A stretch of DNA of 64,000 nt from a virus (taxonomy: Duplodnaviria; Caudoviricetes): positions 32,001 to 96,000 of IMG/VR virus record IMGVR_UViG_651703056_000001; one strand, given 5' to 3'. How positions within the stretch are numbered: the stretch's first letter is position 1; each line of letters opens with the position of its first letter. The notes beneath the pieces are model-generated. The model saw only the letters and a list, made by a program, of their open reading frames with translations. It searched no databases and was not told the DNA's origin. The translations under genes were made by a program, and so were the position numbers. This document shows, piece after piece, positions 15,736 through 24,501 of the stretch.

Positions 15736-17041
15736 TTTAATTTAAAATATTATTACTTAGGAAAGAAGGAGGTAGGATAGTGTCCACACACAAAATTGCT
15801 CAGAAAATACCTTTTAAACCAACAAAGAAACAAGTGAAGTTCTTTAAGGATTGTTTTGGTGCAAGAAGATTTGCATATAATAGTCAAGTTGCTGTATTCA
15901 ATACCTACTCAGAAGAAAATAAAGATTTGACCTATCCTAAAATTACAGACCTAAAACGTGAGAATGAATGGTTGAAAACAAGTGTTGTTCCAGCTCATAG
16001 TCTGTCTAATGCGCTCATGGACTTCGGAAAAGCTCGGACGGCTTACTTCAAAAAAGCCAATTATGGTAAAAATCGTCCAAGCTTTCATAGTCGTCATGAT
16101 TATATTCAATCATTTAGAAATGGAATGCCATTCAAAACAATACGTGAAAATGGAAGATACCAACTTTCAAAGAAACTAGGCTACATTAAAATTCGAAAAC
16201 GTGATAAACTACGCTACCCAATTGAACAAATGACACAATGGACGATTAAGCGTGAAGGAGAAAAATACTATATTATTTTCTTGTTCACGGTTGAAATTGA
16301 AACACGACCTGAAATCACAGGCTCAGTTGGTATAGACCTCGGTATTAAAGATTTTGCAATAACATCAGACGGTGAAAAGATTGACCTACCTAAATCTCTT
16401 GGAGAGTTGGAAGCCAAAGTCATAAAAGAACAGCGTAAACTCTCACGTAAACAAAAAGGGAAAGGTAAGCAGTCGAACAACTTCTATAAGCAAAAAGCCA
16501 AGTTACAAAAGGCTCATGCAAAAATACGCCATGTTCGTGAGAATTTCCAACATCATGTTTCAAAACAGCTGATTGAAGAAAACCAATTCATCGCTATTGA
16601 GACATTGAGACCATCCAACATGATTAAGAACCACAAGCTGGCACGTTATATAGCAAGAGCCAGCTGGCGACAGTTCACAAATCAGCTAGAATATAAAGCG
16701 GATTGGTATGGAAGAACTTTACAAAAGGTGGGAACATACTATCCAAGTTCAAAAACTTGCGGAAATTGTGGGAATATCTATCACAATTTGAAGCTCTCAG
16801 AACGGGAGTGGACGTGCGCTAAATGTGGTACTTATCATGATAGAGACCTTAATGCAAGTCAAAATATCCTCAAAGAAGCACAACGATTAGCTTCTTAAAA
16901 TATTTGTAATCGTTAAAGAACCGACCGACAATCGGGGATAGCTCACTCCATATAGGCGACCTCTGGCACGAGGAAACAAATCCGAAGCTAAGTGTACCTA
17001 GTTCGTGAGAATCACGGCACTTTAATGCCGTGAGTGTTCAA
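15736..17041 (+). mobile_element. IS1341-like tnpB-only element (left end uncertain)
   Basis: tnpB plus IS605-type right end; no tnpA and no clear left-end hairpin. Confidence 0.7.
15780..16898 (+). CDS. tnpB: TnpB RNA-guided endonuclease (IS200/IS605 family, no TnpA)
   Basis: N-terminal HTH (FG.RRFAYN), RuvC-I GIDLG, RuvC-II IAIETL, Zn finger CGNC..CAKC, RuvC-III DRDLNA; AAGGAGGT RBS. Confidence 0.95.
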   Translation: MSTHKIAQKIPFKPTKKQVKFFKDCFGARRFAYNSQVAVFNTYSEENKDLTYPKITDLKRENEWLKTSVVPAHSLSNALMDFGKARTAYFKKANYGKNRPSFHSRHDYIQSFRNGMPFKTIRENGRYQLSKKLGYIKIRKRDKLRYPIEQMTQWTIKREGEKYYIIFLFTVEIETRPEITGSVGIDLGIKDFAITSDGEKIDLPKSLGELEAKVIKEQRKLSRKQKGKGKQSNNFYKQKAKLQKAHAKIRHVRENFQHHVSKQLIEENQFIAIETLRPSNMIKNHKLARYIARASWRQFTNQLEYKADWYGRTLQKVGTYYPSSKTCGNCGNIYHNLKLSEREWTCAKCGTYHDRDLNASQNILKEAQRLAS

Positions 17042-17061
17042 CTCTTGACAAACTCATTTGA
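16899..17061 (+). ncRNA. TnpB omega/reRNA scaffold, right end and guide
   Basis: Subterminal hairpin TCACGGCA/TGCCGTGA (17012-17033), TTCAA end (17037-17041), guide = flank from 17042. Confidence 0.75.
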
Positions 17062-17073
17062 TTATGATATAAT
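17045..17073 (+). promoter_or_regulatory. Sigma70-type promoter
   Basis: TTGACA-17-TATAAT with TG. Confidence 0.85.
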
Positions 17074-17111
17074 AATATATGTAAGTTAAAAAAACGTAAG
17101 GAGAACATAAT

Positions 17112-17219
17112 ATGGGGTGCATAATTCCGATTGTATTGATTTTAATATTTCTAGCAAATCCAGTTCTGGGTTTAGTCGCAACGGTTATTGTATTAGCAAT
17201 AGCAAGTCTTAAAAAATAA
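17112..17219 (+). CDS. 35-aa hydrophobic peptide (not in ORF track)
   Basis: AAGGAG RBS; MGCIIPIVLILIFLANPVLGLVATVIVLAIASLKK. Confidence 0.7.
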   Translation: MGCIIPIVLILIFLANPVLGLVATVIVLAIASLKK

Positions 17220-17233
17220 GGAGAATAAACACA

Positions 17234-17890
17234 ATGACACAAAGTAAAACACTCACAGTACAAGAAGCGCTTAATGAACTTAAAGTTCTTGACAAACGTA
17301 TTGAACGTAAACTTGGCGACACTAAATATGTAGGTGTTGTTCAAGAAGACAAACTTGTTTATCCTGCATCATCAAAAGGTGATAAAGATAAATTCATTTC
17401 AGACGCAAAATCTAGTATTGATTCATTACTTGATTTGATTGCTTACCGTCATGCTTTGAAAGCTGGTGTATTGCGTTCTAATGCGTTAACAGAAGTTGTA
17501 ATTGGAGACAAAACAATGACAGTTGCAGAGGCAATTGATTATAAAACTTCAATCCAAAGTGAAAAAGATTTGGTTCAAACTCTCGTTAATGATTTGACCC
17601 AAGCGACAACTAAGATGACACGTATTAATGAGGATATTGATAAGACTCTTGAAAAGAAACAAAATAGTTTGTTAAGCTCAGATAAAGATGATAAAAATCC
17701 TGATATTATTAAATTCTTGAAAGAACAAGCTGAGAGCGAAAAAGCAACAGTTCTTGAATTGGAAGTTGGTAAAGCTATTGTAAGTGATTACACTAAAGCT
17801 AAACTTGATTCAATTGAACAATTTGAACAAACAGTTGATTTCAAGTTAACTGCATCAAATGTTTCAACAGAAATTACCGTTGAGTGGTAA
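17234..17890 (+). CDS. Coiled-coil protein of unknown function
   Basis: AAGGAG RBS; internal repeat LTVQEAL / MTVAEAI; long amphipathic helices; C-terminal VD..L..SN..T.I. Confidence 0.85.
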   Translation: MTQSKTLTVQEALNELKVLDKRIERKLGDTKYVGVVQEDKLVYPASSKGDKDKFISDAKSSIDSLLDLIAYRHALKAGVLRSNALTEVVIGDKTMTVAEAIDYKTSIQSEKDLVQTLVNDLTQATTKMTRINEDIDKTLEKKQNSLLSSDKDDKNPDIIKFLKEQAESEKATVLELEVGKAIVSDYTKAKLDSIEQFEQTVDFKLTASNVSTEITVEW

Positions 17891-17905
17891 TAATTAAGTT
17901 ATAAT

Positions 17906-18267
17906 CATGTTATGACGAACAACTTAAAGTATAGATTTCCAGACAGTTTTGTTGAAAGATTCTTATGACTGGAAATAAAATATTAAATATAATGAATCTT
18001 TAAAAAACTATAAAAGAATATACTAGAAGTCTCTCTTGGAGACAATTATCAATTTTGATTGGCATAGAGACCTCTCAAAATTGATAAAGATGACTAATAG
18101 ATTATAGTTTAAAGCTCATGCTTTATAGCTTAGAGTTTATATCTTATATTGGATAATGAATCCAGTTATAGATTAAGTTTGAGGGGTTAAGTTTTCTTAA
18201 AAATCCTAGAGTTACGTTTTGTGACTTTCTATATCAGTTTGGTTGTACGCTAGGCTGTCATAACATG
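17906..18267 (+). ncRNA. Ornate ~360-nt RNA with heptamer tract
   Basis: Perfect 11-bp closing stem CATGTTATGAC/GTCATAACATG, 13-bp internal stem, pseudoknot-type complementarity, 7-nt repeats, then terminator. Confidence 0.7.
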
Positions 18268-18270
18268 GTA

Positions 18271-18305
18271 AAATAAGGACTACTTCGGTAGTTCTTATTT
18301 TTTTT
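18271..18305 (+). terminator. Intrinsic terminator
   Basis: AAATAAGGACTAC-TTCG-GTAGTTCTTATTT plus T-run. Confidence 0.9.
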
Positions 18306-18316
18306 ATACTTTTCTC

Positions 18317-18345
18317 TTGACAAAGGAAATTAGTTATGGTATAAT
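18317..18345 (+). promoter_or_regulatory. Sigma70-type promoter of topoisomerase operon
   Basis: TTGACA-17-TATAAT with TG. Confidence 0.85.
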
Positions 18346-18379
18346 ATATTATAACCGATTGAAAGGAATGGTATTAACA

Positions 18380-20335
18380 TTGACAGAAAAAATTAGAAAG
18401 CTGAGCAATCGTGACCAAGCTCGTGAAAAGATTGCGGTATGGTACGGTTCAGCAGATAACTACCAACATGGACTAAAAGAACTCCTAGCCAATGCAACAG
18501 ATGAAATTATTAATAATTTTGAAGAGGGAACTATTACGGTCAAGCTGAGTGAAGATGGTTCAACAGTAACTGTTACAGATACTGGTCGAGGTATTCCAAT
18601 TTCAGGCGAAACCGATGGAATCCCTAACTATGAATTACTGTTTTTGACTCTCTTTGCAGGAACTAAGTATGGAGATAGTGGAGTAACAAATGGAACTTAT
18701 ACAGGCTCAAACGGTGTAGGTACTACAGTTCTTAACTATACGTCAGTTCTTTTTGAAGTAACATCAATTATTAAGGGAGTTAAATACCATATTAAATTCA
18801 CTAATGGTGGTGAAGTCACAGAGGATTTAACAGAAGAAAAGACAAGTGATATTGATGGAACAACTGTGACATTTTCACTTGACCCAACAGTTTATACAAA
18901 AACAATCTTTAAAGATGAAGATGTCCGTGAGATTGCACACCGTTATGCTGTTAGTTCAAACAAGATTACAGTCGATTATATTCATGGAGAAACTGAATTA
19001 ACATATCATTATACAGATTTGAAAGAATATTATTCAGAACTTACAAGTGCTGTCAACACAAGTGGGATTGTCTTTGGTGATTTGGTTGAGTATCAAGATA
19101 CAATTACGAGTAATCAACATGATGTTTTCACATCTCATGAAGAATTAACTTCTCTTTCGATTGCATTATCAACCTCAACAACACCGACACAAGAATCTTA
19201 CTTAAACTTAAACTATTTGCCTAACGGTGGGAAGATTAACGAAGGAATCATTAATGGTATTAAACTTTACGTTAATAAATACTGTCGTGCAAATAATCTT
19301 TTTCCTAAGAAAGTCAACTCTTTCTCAGACTCAGACATCACAGAATCATTTAGTTTCGTAGCTGTTATGTTTTCAAACAATGTTGAGTTTGCAAATCAAA
19401 CTAAATTCTCTACAAATAAAGAACTATATAAAGAAGTTGCTAAACGCAGGGTTACACAAATCTTAGAAGTCACAGAGATTGAAGACCCTAAAAACTTTAA
19501 AGACATTATTAATCACTTATTGCTTGTTCAAAAAGAGAATACAGTCAACGCTAAACACAAAGAGAAACTTAAAAAGAAATTGACTGAAAAAGTAGATACA
19601 ATGTCAAATCGTATTGACAAGCTAGTTGACTCTCGTGTTCACGGAGAAGAAGCGGAGCTTTATCTAGCAGAGGGAGATTCAGCTCATGGTTCAGTAGTTT
19701 CAGCTCGTGATAGTAAGTTCCAAGCAAGTATGCCTATGGGCGGTAAGTTCCTTAACGTTGAAAAGGCAATGAACATTGAGGATATTGTTAATAATGAAAC
19801 AATTATGAATGTTATTAAAGCACTTGGTTGTGGAATTGATTTAGGTAAGAAACAAAAAGACTTGCCTAAATTCGACATTACTAAGCTACGCTATGGAAAA
19901 ATTATTTGTGCATCAGATGAAGACCCAGATGGTGCACAAATTCAATGCTTAATTATCACTCTGTTTTATAAGTTAATGCCAGAAATTATTCATACTGGTC
20001 GCCTATACTTGGCTCAAACACCTTTGTTTGAAATTAAGCTTAAGGATGACTCAGTTCTGTATGCTTATACAGATGAGGGACGTGATGAAATTCTTAAAGA
20101 ACAAGGGAGTAAAGTGGTTCAATACACACGAGCAAAAGGCCTTGGGGAGCTGGATGCACACATTATGGCTGAGACAGCAATGAATCCTGAAACTCGTCAC
20201 TTGACACGTGTCACAATTGAAGAAGCTAAACATGCAGAACAGGCTATCGTTGACTGGATGGGTACAAACGTAGACAATCGTAAACTATTCATTTCACGAA
20301 ACCTTAATAAATTTACTAAAGAAGGGTTAGAATAA
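18380..20335 (+). CDS. gyrB: Type II topoisomerase subunit B (GyrB/ParE-like)
   Basis: ELLANATDE, DTGRGIP, GSNGVG, EGDSA and DEDPDG motifs; TTG start 18380 after AAAGGA. Confidence 0.93.
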   Translation: MTEKIRKLSNRDQAREKIAVWYGSADNYQHGLKELLANATDEIINNFEEGTITVKLSEDGSTVTVTDTGRGIPISGETDGIPNYELLFLTLFAGTKYGDSGVTNGTYTGSNGVGTTVLNYTSVLFEVTSIIKGVKYHIKFTNGGEVTEDLTEEKTSDIDGTTVTFSLDPTVYTKTIFKDEDVREIAHRYAVSSNKITVDYIHGETELTYHYTDLKEYYSELTSAVNTSGIVFGDLVEYQDTITSNQHDVFTSHEELTSLSIALSTSTTPTQESYLNLNYLPNGGKINEGIINGIKLYVNKYCRANNLFPKKVNSFSDSDITESFSFVAVMFSNNVEFANQTKFSTNKELYKEVAKRRVTQILEVTEIEDPKNFKDIINHLLLVQKENTVNAKHKEKLKKKLTEKVDTMSNRIDKLVDSRVHGEEAELYLAEGDSAHGSVVSARDSKFQASMPMGGKFLNVEKAMNIEDIVNNETIMNVIKALGCGIDLGKKQKDLPKFDITKLRYGKIICASDEDPDGAQIQCLIITLFYKLMPEIIHTGRLYLAQTPLFEIKLKDDSVLYAYTDEGRDEILKEQGSKVVQYTRAKGLGELDAHIMAETAMNPETRHLTRVTIEEAKHAEQAIVDWMGTNVDNRKLFISRNLNKFTKEGLE

Positions 20336-20336
20336 A

Positions 20337-22451
20337 ATGGAAATTGTAGAAAAGGAATTACAACATATTGTGACGGACAATATGGGTCAATATTCAACAT
20401 ATGTACTACTTTCACGTGCTATTCCTGATTTTCGAGACGGATTAAAACCATCTTATCGAAGAATTTTATGGGCTATGCAAGAAATGAAAGCTACAAGATT
20501 TACAAAATCATTTAACGTAGCTGGTGCAGTCATGCTTTATCACCCTCACGGTTCAACATATCCAACTATGGTTGGTATGGCTCAGAAAGATAGCCAACTA
20601 AATCCTATGGTTATAGGAAAGGGGAACTTCGGACAACATGCAAGCGAATTAGCCTTTGGTGCTGAACGTTATACAGAAGTTAAACTTTCTGCTATTGGTC
20701 TCGACATGATGGCTGATGTTAAAAAGGGCGGTGTTGACTTCATTGATAACTATGATGGTACACGTAGGATTCCAGAAGTGTTTCCAGTTAAATATCCAAC
20801 TATATTAGCTTATGCTCAATCAGGAATTGGTGTAGGATTTAGTTCAAGTATTCCTTCATTTAACACAACCGAATTGTGTGAAGCTATTATTAAACGAATT
20901 GAAGATAATGAACAGACATTGCTTATTCCCGACTTTGGTACTGGTGCTTATATTATCAATGACCCTGATGTTATCAAGTCAATCAATGAAAATGGTAGTG
21001 GTTCAATCAATCAACGTGCTAAAGTTGAGTTTGATAAAGATAGTCGTGAGATTATTGTTAAAGAAATTCCTTATGGAACAACAAAAGAGAAAATCATCGA
21101 ACGTATTATTAAATTAAATAAAGAAGATAAGCTCAAAGAAGTTGCTAAAGTAGAAGATACAAGTGGATTGAAAGGTCTTGAAATTGTTATCACAGCTAAA
21201 CGTGGTGTTGACCTTGAACAACTACTTGAAAAACTTTATCAAATGACACCGATGCAAGCAAGCTATTCTACCAACTTAATGGTTATTAATCGTGAAGGAT
21301 TACCAGAAAAAATGGGTGTATGGACACTTATTGCTAAGTGGTTAGATTGGCGCACAGATACATACCAACGTATGATTACAAAAGATATTCAAACTAAACA
21401 AGTACAGCTTGAAATTTTGTACGGATTGGAAAATATCAAAGATGATTTGGAACATGTAATCAAAATTATTCGTAATTCTACAGATGATAATGTCATTCAA
21501 AATCTATCTAGCGAGTTTAATTTGAGTAAACTTCAAGCAGAACGTGTTTCAGGGTTGAAGCTTAAAAATCTTACAACTACTTTCATTAAAAAACAATTGA
21601 GTAGTATTAAGAGTCTCGAAAAAGAAATTGAACAACTTGAATGGACAGTTGAAAAACCTCAGCGTATCCATAAATTGATTGTTCAAGATATGAAAGATGT
21701 TATTGCTCAATTTGGAACACCTCGTAAATCACAACTCATTGACAAATCTATAGTAGCTAAGAAAGCAAAACTTTCTCCTGTAAATACTGTAGAAGAATAT
21801 AATGTAAAAGTTATTGTAACTAAAGATGGTTATGTTAAAAAGATTCCTTTGACTTCTCTTCGTGGTAATGCAGAGATTCAATTTAAAGAAGGAGATACCC
21901 CCACATCAGAAATTGATACTGATAATGGAGAAGAACTTCTTATCTTCACAAATAAACAGAATGTTTATAAGAAACAACTTAATGATTTGAGTGATACTAA
22001 ACCAAAAGATTTAGGTAATTACATTCCATCTCTAATTGATTTAGAAAAGGGCGAAGAAATTAAGGGTATTATAACGCTTTCTAAGGACACCAAATACGTT
22101 CTTTTGGGATTTGAAGACGGAAAGGTCGCTAAAGTCAACGTAGAGGCTTATAGAACGTCCACAAAGCGTTCTAAACTTAAGAATGGTGTAGTTGGTAAAA
22201 TGATAGTTTTACTGACGACATTAACTGACGATGTAGATATTATGTCTATCTCTGAAAGTAATAAAGCTATCGTTACTAACACATCTATGATTTCTGCTAA
22301 AAATTCTAAAGCAACACAAGGTATTACTAACCAAAAATTAAAAGAAGGAGAATCAATTAAGAAATTACTTGTTCTTCAAGAAGATGAAGAGGATAATCGA
22401 GAATATTATCGTGTACAATCAGCGGGTGCTGGTAAGAAATTTAAAGGATAA
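20337..22451 (+). CDS. gyrA: Type II topoisomerase subunit A (GyrA/ParC-like)
   Basis: RAIPDFRDGLKP, YHPHG, active-site AERYTE; beta-pinwheel C-terminal repeats. Confidence 0.93.
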   Translation: MEIVEKELQHIVTDNMGQYSTYVLLSRAIPDFRDGLKPSYRRILWAMQEMKATRFTKSFNVAGAVMLYHPHGSTYPTMVGMAQKDSQLNPMVIGKGNFGQHASELAFGAERYTEVKLSAIGLDMMADVKKGGVDFIDNYDGTRRIPEVFPVKYPTILAYAQSGIGVGFSSSIPSFNTTELCEAIIKRIEDNEQTLLIPDFGTGAYIINDPDVIKSINENGSGSINQRAKVEFDKDSREIIVKEIPYGTTKEKIIERIIKLNKEDKLKEVAKVEDTSGLKGLEIVITAKRGVDLEQLLEKLYQMTPMQASYSTNLMVINREGLPEKMGVWTLIAKWLDWRTDTYQRMITKDIQTKQVQLEILYGLENIKDDLEHVIKIIRNSTDDNVIQNLSSEFNLSKLQAERVSGLKLKNLTTTFIKKQLSSIKSLEKEIEQLEWTVEKPQRIHKLIVQDMKDVIAQFGTPRKSQLIDKSIVAKKAKLSPVNTVEEYNVKVIVTKDGYVKKIPLTSLRGNAEIQFKEGDTPTSEIDTDNGEELLIFTNKQNVYKKQLNDLSDTKPKDLGNYIPSLIDLEKGEEIKGIITLSKDTKYVLLGFEDGKVAKVNVEAYRTSTKRSKLKNGVVGKMIVLLTTLTDDVDIMSISESNKAIVTNTSMISAKNSKATQGITNQKLKEGESIKKLLVLQEDEEDNREYYRVQSAGAGKKFKG

Positions 22452-22469
22452 AAAACAAGGAGAGTTTAC

Positions 22470-23312
22470 ATGGATTTTATAAAATCGCCACTGAATTATA
22501 CAGGTGGAAAATTTAAACTGTTGCCAAAAATAATGCCACTGTTTTACGAAGCAGAGACATTTATTGATTTGTTTGGTGGCGGTGGTAATGTTGGAATTAA
22601 TTCTAAGAGTGAAAAAATTATTATTAACGATAGAGAAAAAGTTGTAATTGATTTTTTCAAAAAAACACAAAAACTCTCGATAGAAGATGTTCTTGAATCA
22701 ATTAAAGGCTATATTGAAACTTATGATTTAAGTAAAGTGAATCAAGAAGGTTTTTTAAAGATTAGAAAAGATTACAATGCTTCAAAAGAAAAAGACCCAT
22801 TAATGTTCTATACAATGCTAATGTATTCTTTTAATTATCAAATTAGATTTAATTCTAAAGGTGAATACAATATGCCATTTGGAAAAGACCGCAGTAGTTT
22901 CAATAAAAATACTGAAAAGAATATCCGAAATTTCCACAATGCGATTATCTCTAAAAAAATTATTTTTACAAATAATGATTTCAGAGATATAAAAGTGGAA
23001 AAAATTAATAGTGATACAATGGTCTATTGTGACCCACCATATTTAATTACTACTGCTTCATACAATGAAAATGGTGGCTGGACAGAAAAAGAAGAGATAG
23101 ATTTATTGAATTTACTAGATGAATTAAATGATAAAAATATTAAATTCGCTTTATCAAATGTCCTTGAACATAAAAATAAAAAAAATACCATACTAATAGA
23201 ATGGTCTAAAAAATATAATATACATTTCTTAGATATGAATTATAACAATAGTAATTACCAAAGTACGGCTAATCAGGCTAAAACAGTAGAAGTACTTATA
23301 ACAAACTATTAA
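22470..23312 (+). CDS. Orphan N6-adenine DNA methyltransferase (D12 class)
   Basis: SPLNYTGGK, DLFGGGG (SAM binding), YCDPPY (catalytic). Confidence 0.92.
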   Translation: MDFIKSPLNYTGGKFKLLPKIMPLFYEAETFIDLFGGGGNVGINSKSEKIIINDREKVVIDFFKKTQKLSIEDVLESIKGYIETYDLSKVNQEGFLKIRKDYNASKEKDPLMFYTMLMYSFNYQIRFNSKGEYNMPFGKDRSSFNKNTEKNIRNFHNAIISKKIIFTNNDFRDIKVEKINSDTMVYCDPPYLITTASYNENGGWTEKEEIDLLNLLDELNDKNIKFALSNVLEHKNKKNTILIEWSKKYNIHFLDMNYNNSNYQSTANQAKTVEVLITNY

Positions 23313-23337
23313 AAATAAGAAATTTAAAGGATAAAAA

Positions 23338-23634
23338 ATGGAAAAAACAATATTTAGTGTTATCAGAGGAGTTCTGATGACAGTAATCACAATAGGTTTA
23401 CTCTTGGGTTATATTTGGTTTACCTTTGATTTGAGTATGCTTGCATGGGGAACATTTCTTGCAGGAATTATGTTTCAGGGGACTGTAGTTATGTTGATAG
23501 TTGGCTTATGGTTAGAAATATTAAGTTATATCTTCTTCTTTGTCTTAGGTATGGCATTAATATTCTGGATATCAGTTTTATTTAATAAAATTGAAGAATA
23601 TATTTTCGAAGAAGGGAAAACACAAAATGATTAA
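23338..23634 (+). CDS. Membrane protein
   Basis: Mostly hydrophobic; AAGGA RBS. Confidence 0.7.
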   Translation: MEKTIFSVIRGVLMTVITIGLLLGYIWFTFDLSMLAWGTFLAGIMFQGTVVMLIVGLWLEILSYIFFFVLGMALIFWISVLFNKIEEYIFEEGKTQND

Positions 23635-23980
23635 AGTTTACAAATGTCGAGCACAAATTAATACACCTTATCTGACATCAAATTCACGTTCAGGATTCTT
23701 TAAAAAAGGAGAAGACTTTCTCATGTATCGTAGCTCAAAAGGTACATGGGTTGTAAGTTCTCCTAAGAACTCAACAATGCACACAAACGCTATTCCAATC
23801 AAACATGCTTTTGATACGAAGCGCTCATGGCTCTTAGACCTTAATATCACGAGTATTGTGAATATTTTTGAAGCACCAAACAAGACACATCTACGTCACT
23901 CATTCGCTCTATTCAAATACCCTAGCTTTGCAAATTTTGTAAATATAGAGAATTTTGAACTCAATCTTAAAGGAGAATAA
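23627..23980 (+). CDS. Hypothetical protein
   Basis: ATG 23627 overlapping previous gene. Confidence 0.65.
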   Translation: MIKVYKCRAQINTPYLTSNSRSGFFKKGEDFLMYRSSKGTWVVSSPKNSTMHTNAIPIKHAFDTKRSWLLDLNITSIVNIFEAPNKTHLRHSFALFKYPSFANFVNIENFELNLKGE

Positions 23981-23982
23981 TA

Positions 23983-24501
23983 ATGAACAAAATTAAAATT
24001 TACTTTGCCAGCCCATTATTTTCAGATATGGAACGTTGGTTCAATACCGATATTGTTGACAGCTTACGCTACACTCTTCCTGAAAATGTAGAGATTTATC
24101 TACCACAGGAAAATGAAGCAATTAATGATAAGTCAGGATATGCAAACTCTGTAATGATTGCAGAAGCTGATACAAATGAACTATTAAGTTCTGACTTTAT
24201 TGTAGCTGTCTTAGACGGTGCAACAATTGATGTTGGTGTAGCTAGTGAAATTGGAGTTGCCTATGCTAAAGGCATTCCAGTTATTGGTCTGTATTCAGAT
24301 TCACGTCAAGGTGCTTTTGGAAACACAAACAAAATCAATGCTCTTGAAGAAGTGGGAGAATCCCAATTCTCTTATATCAATCTCTATACTGTAGGATTAG
24401 TTAAATCCAACGGTGCTCTATTTAAAGATGTTAGCGACTGGTTCAACTACATTGTTGACGAAGCTAAAAAATTATCAGAAGAAAAGGAAACAAATGACTA
24501 A
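23983..24501 (+). CDS. Nucleoside 2-deoxyribosyltransferase family protein
   Basis: IYFASPLFS, YLPQE, D.G...EIGVAYA, NLY motifs. Confidence 0.88.
   Translation: MNKIKIYFASPLFSDMERWFNTDIVDSLRYTLPENVEIYLPQENEAINDKSGYANSVMIAEADTNELLSSDFIVAVLDGATIDVGVASEIGVAYAKGIPVIGLYSDSRQGAFGNTNKINALEEVGESQFSYINLYTVGLVKSNGALFKDVSDWFNYIVDEAKKLSEEKETND

Noticed and set aside
12670-15740. CRISPR array or mini-array in the non-coding region
   Set aside because: The recurring GGTTCGATTCC words are T loops; there are no equal-length repeats with regular spacers and no cas genes.
18317-18379. gyrB start at 18317 as in the ORF track
   Set aside because: That TTG is the -35 box; TTG 18380 has a suitably spaced RBS.
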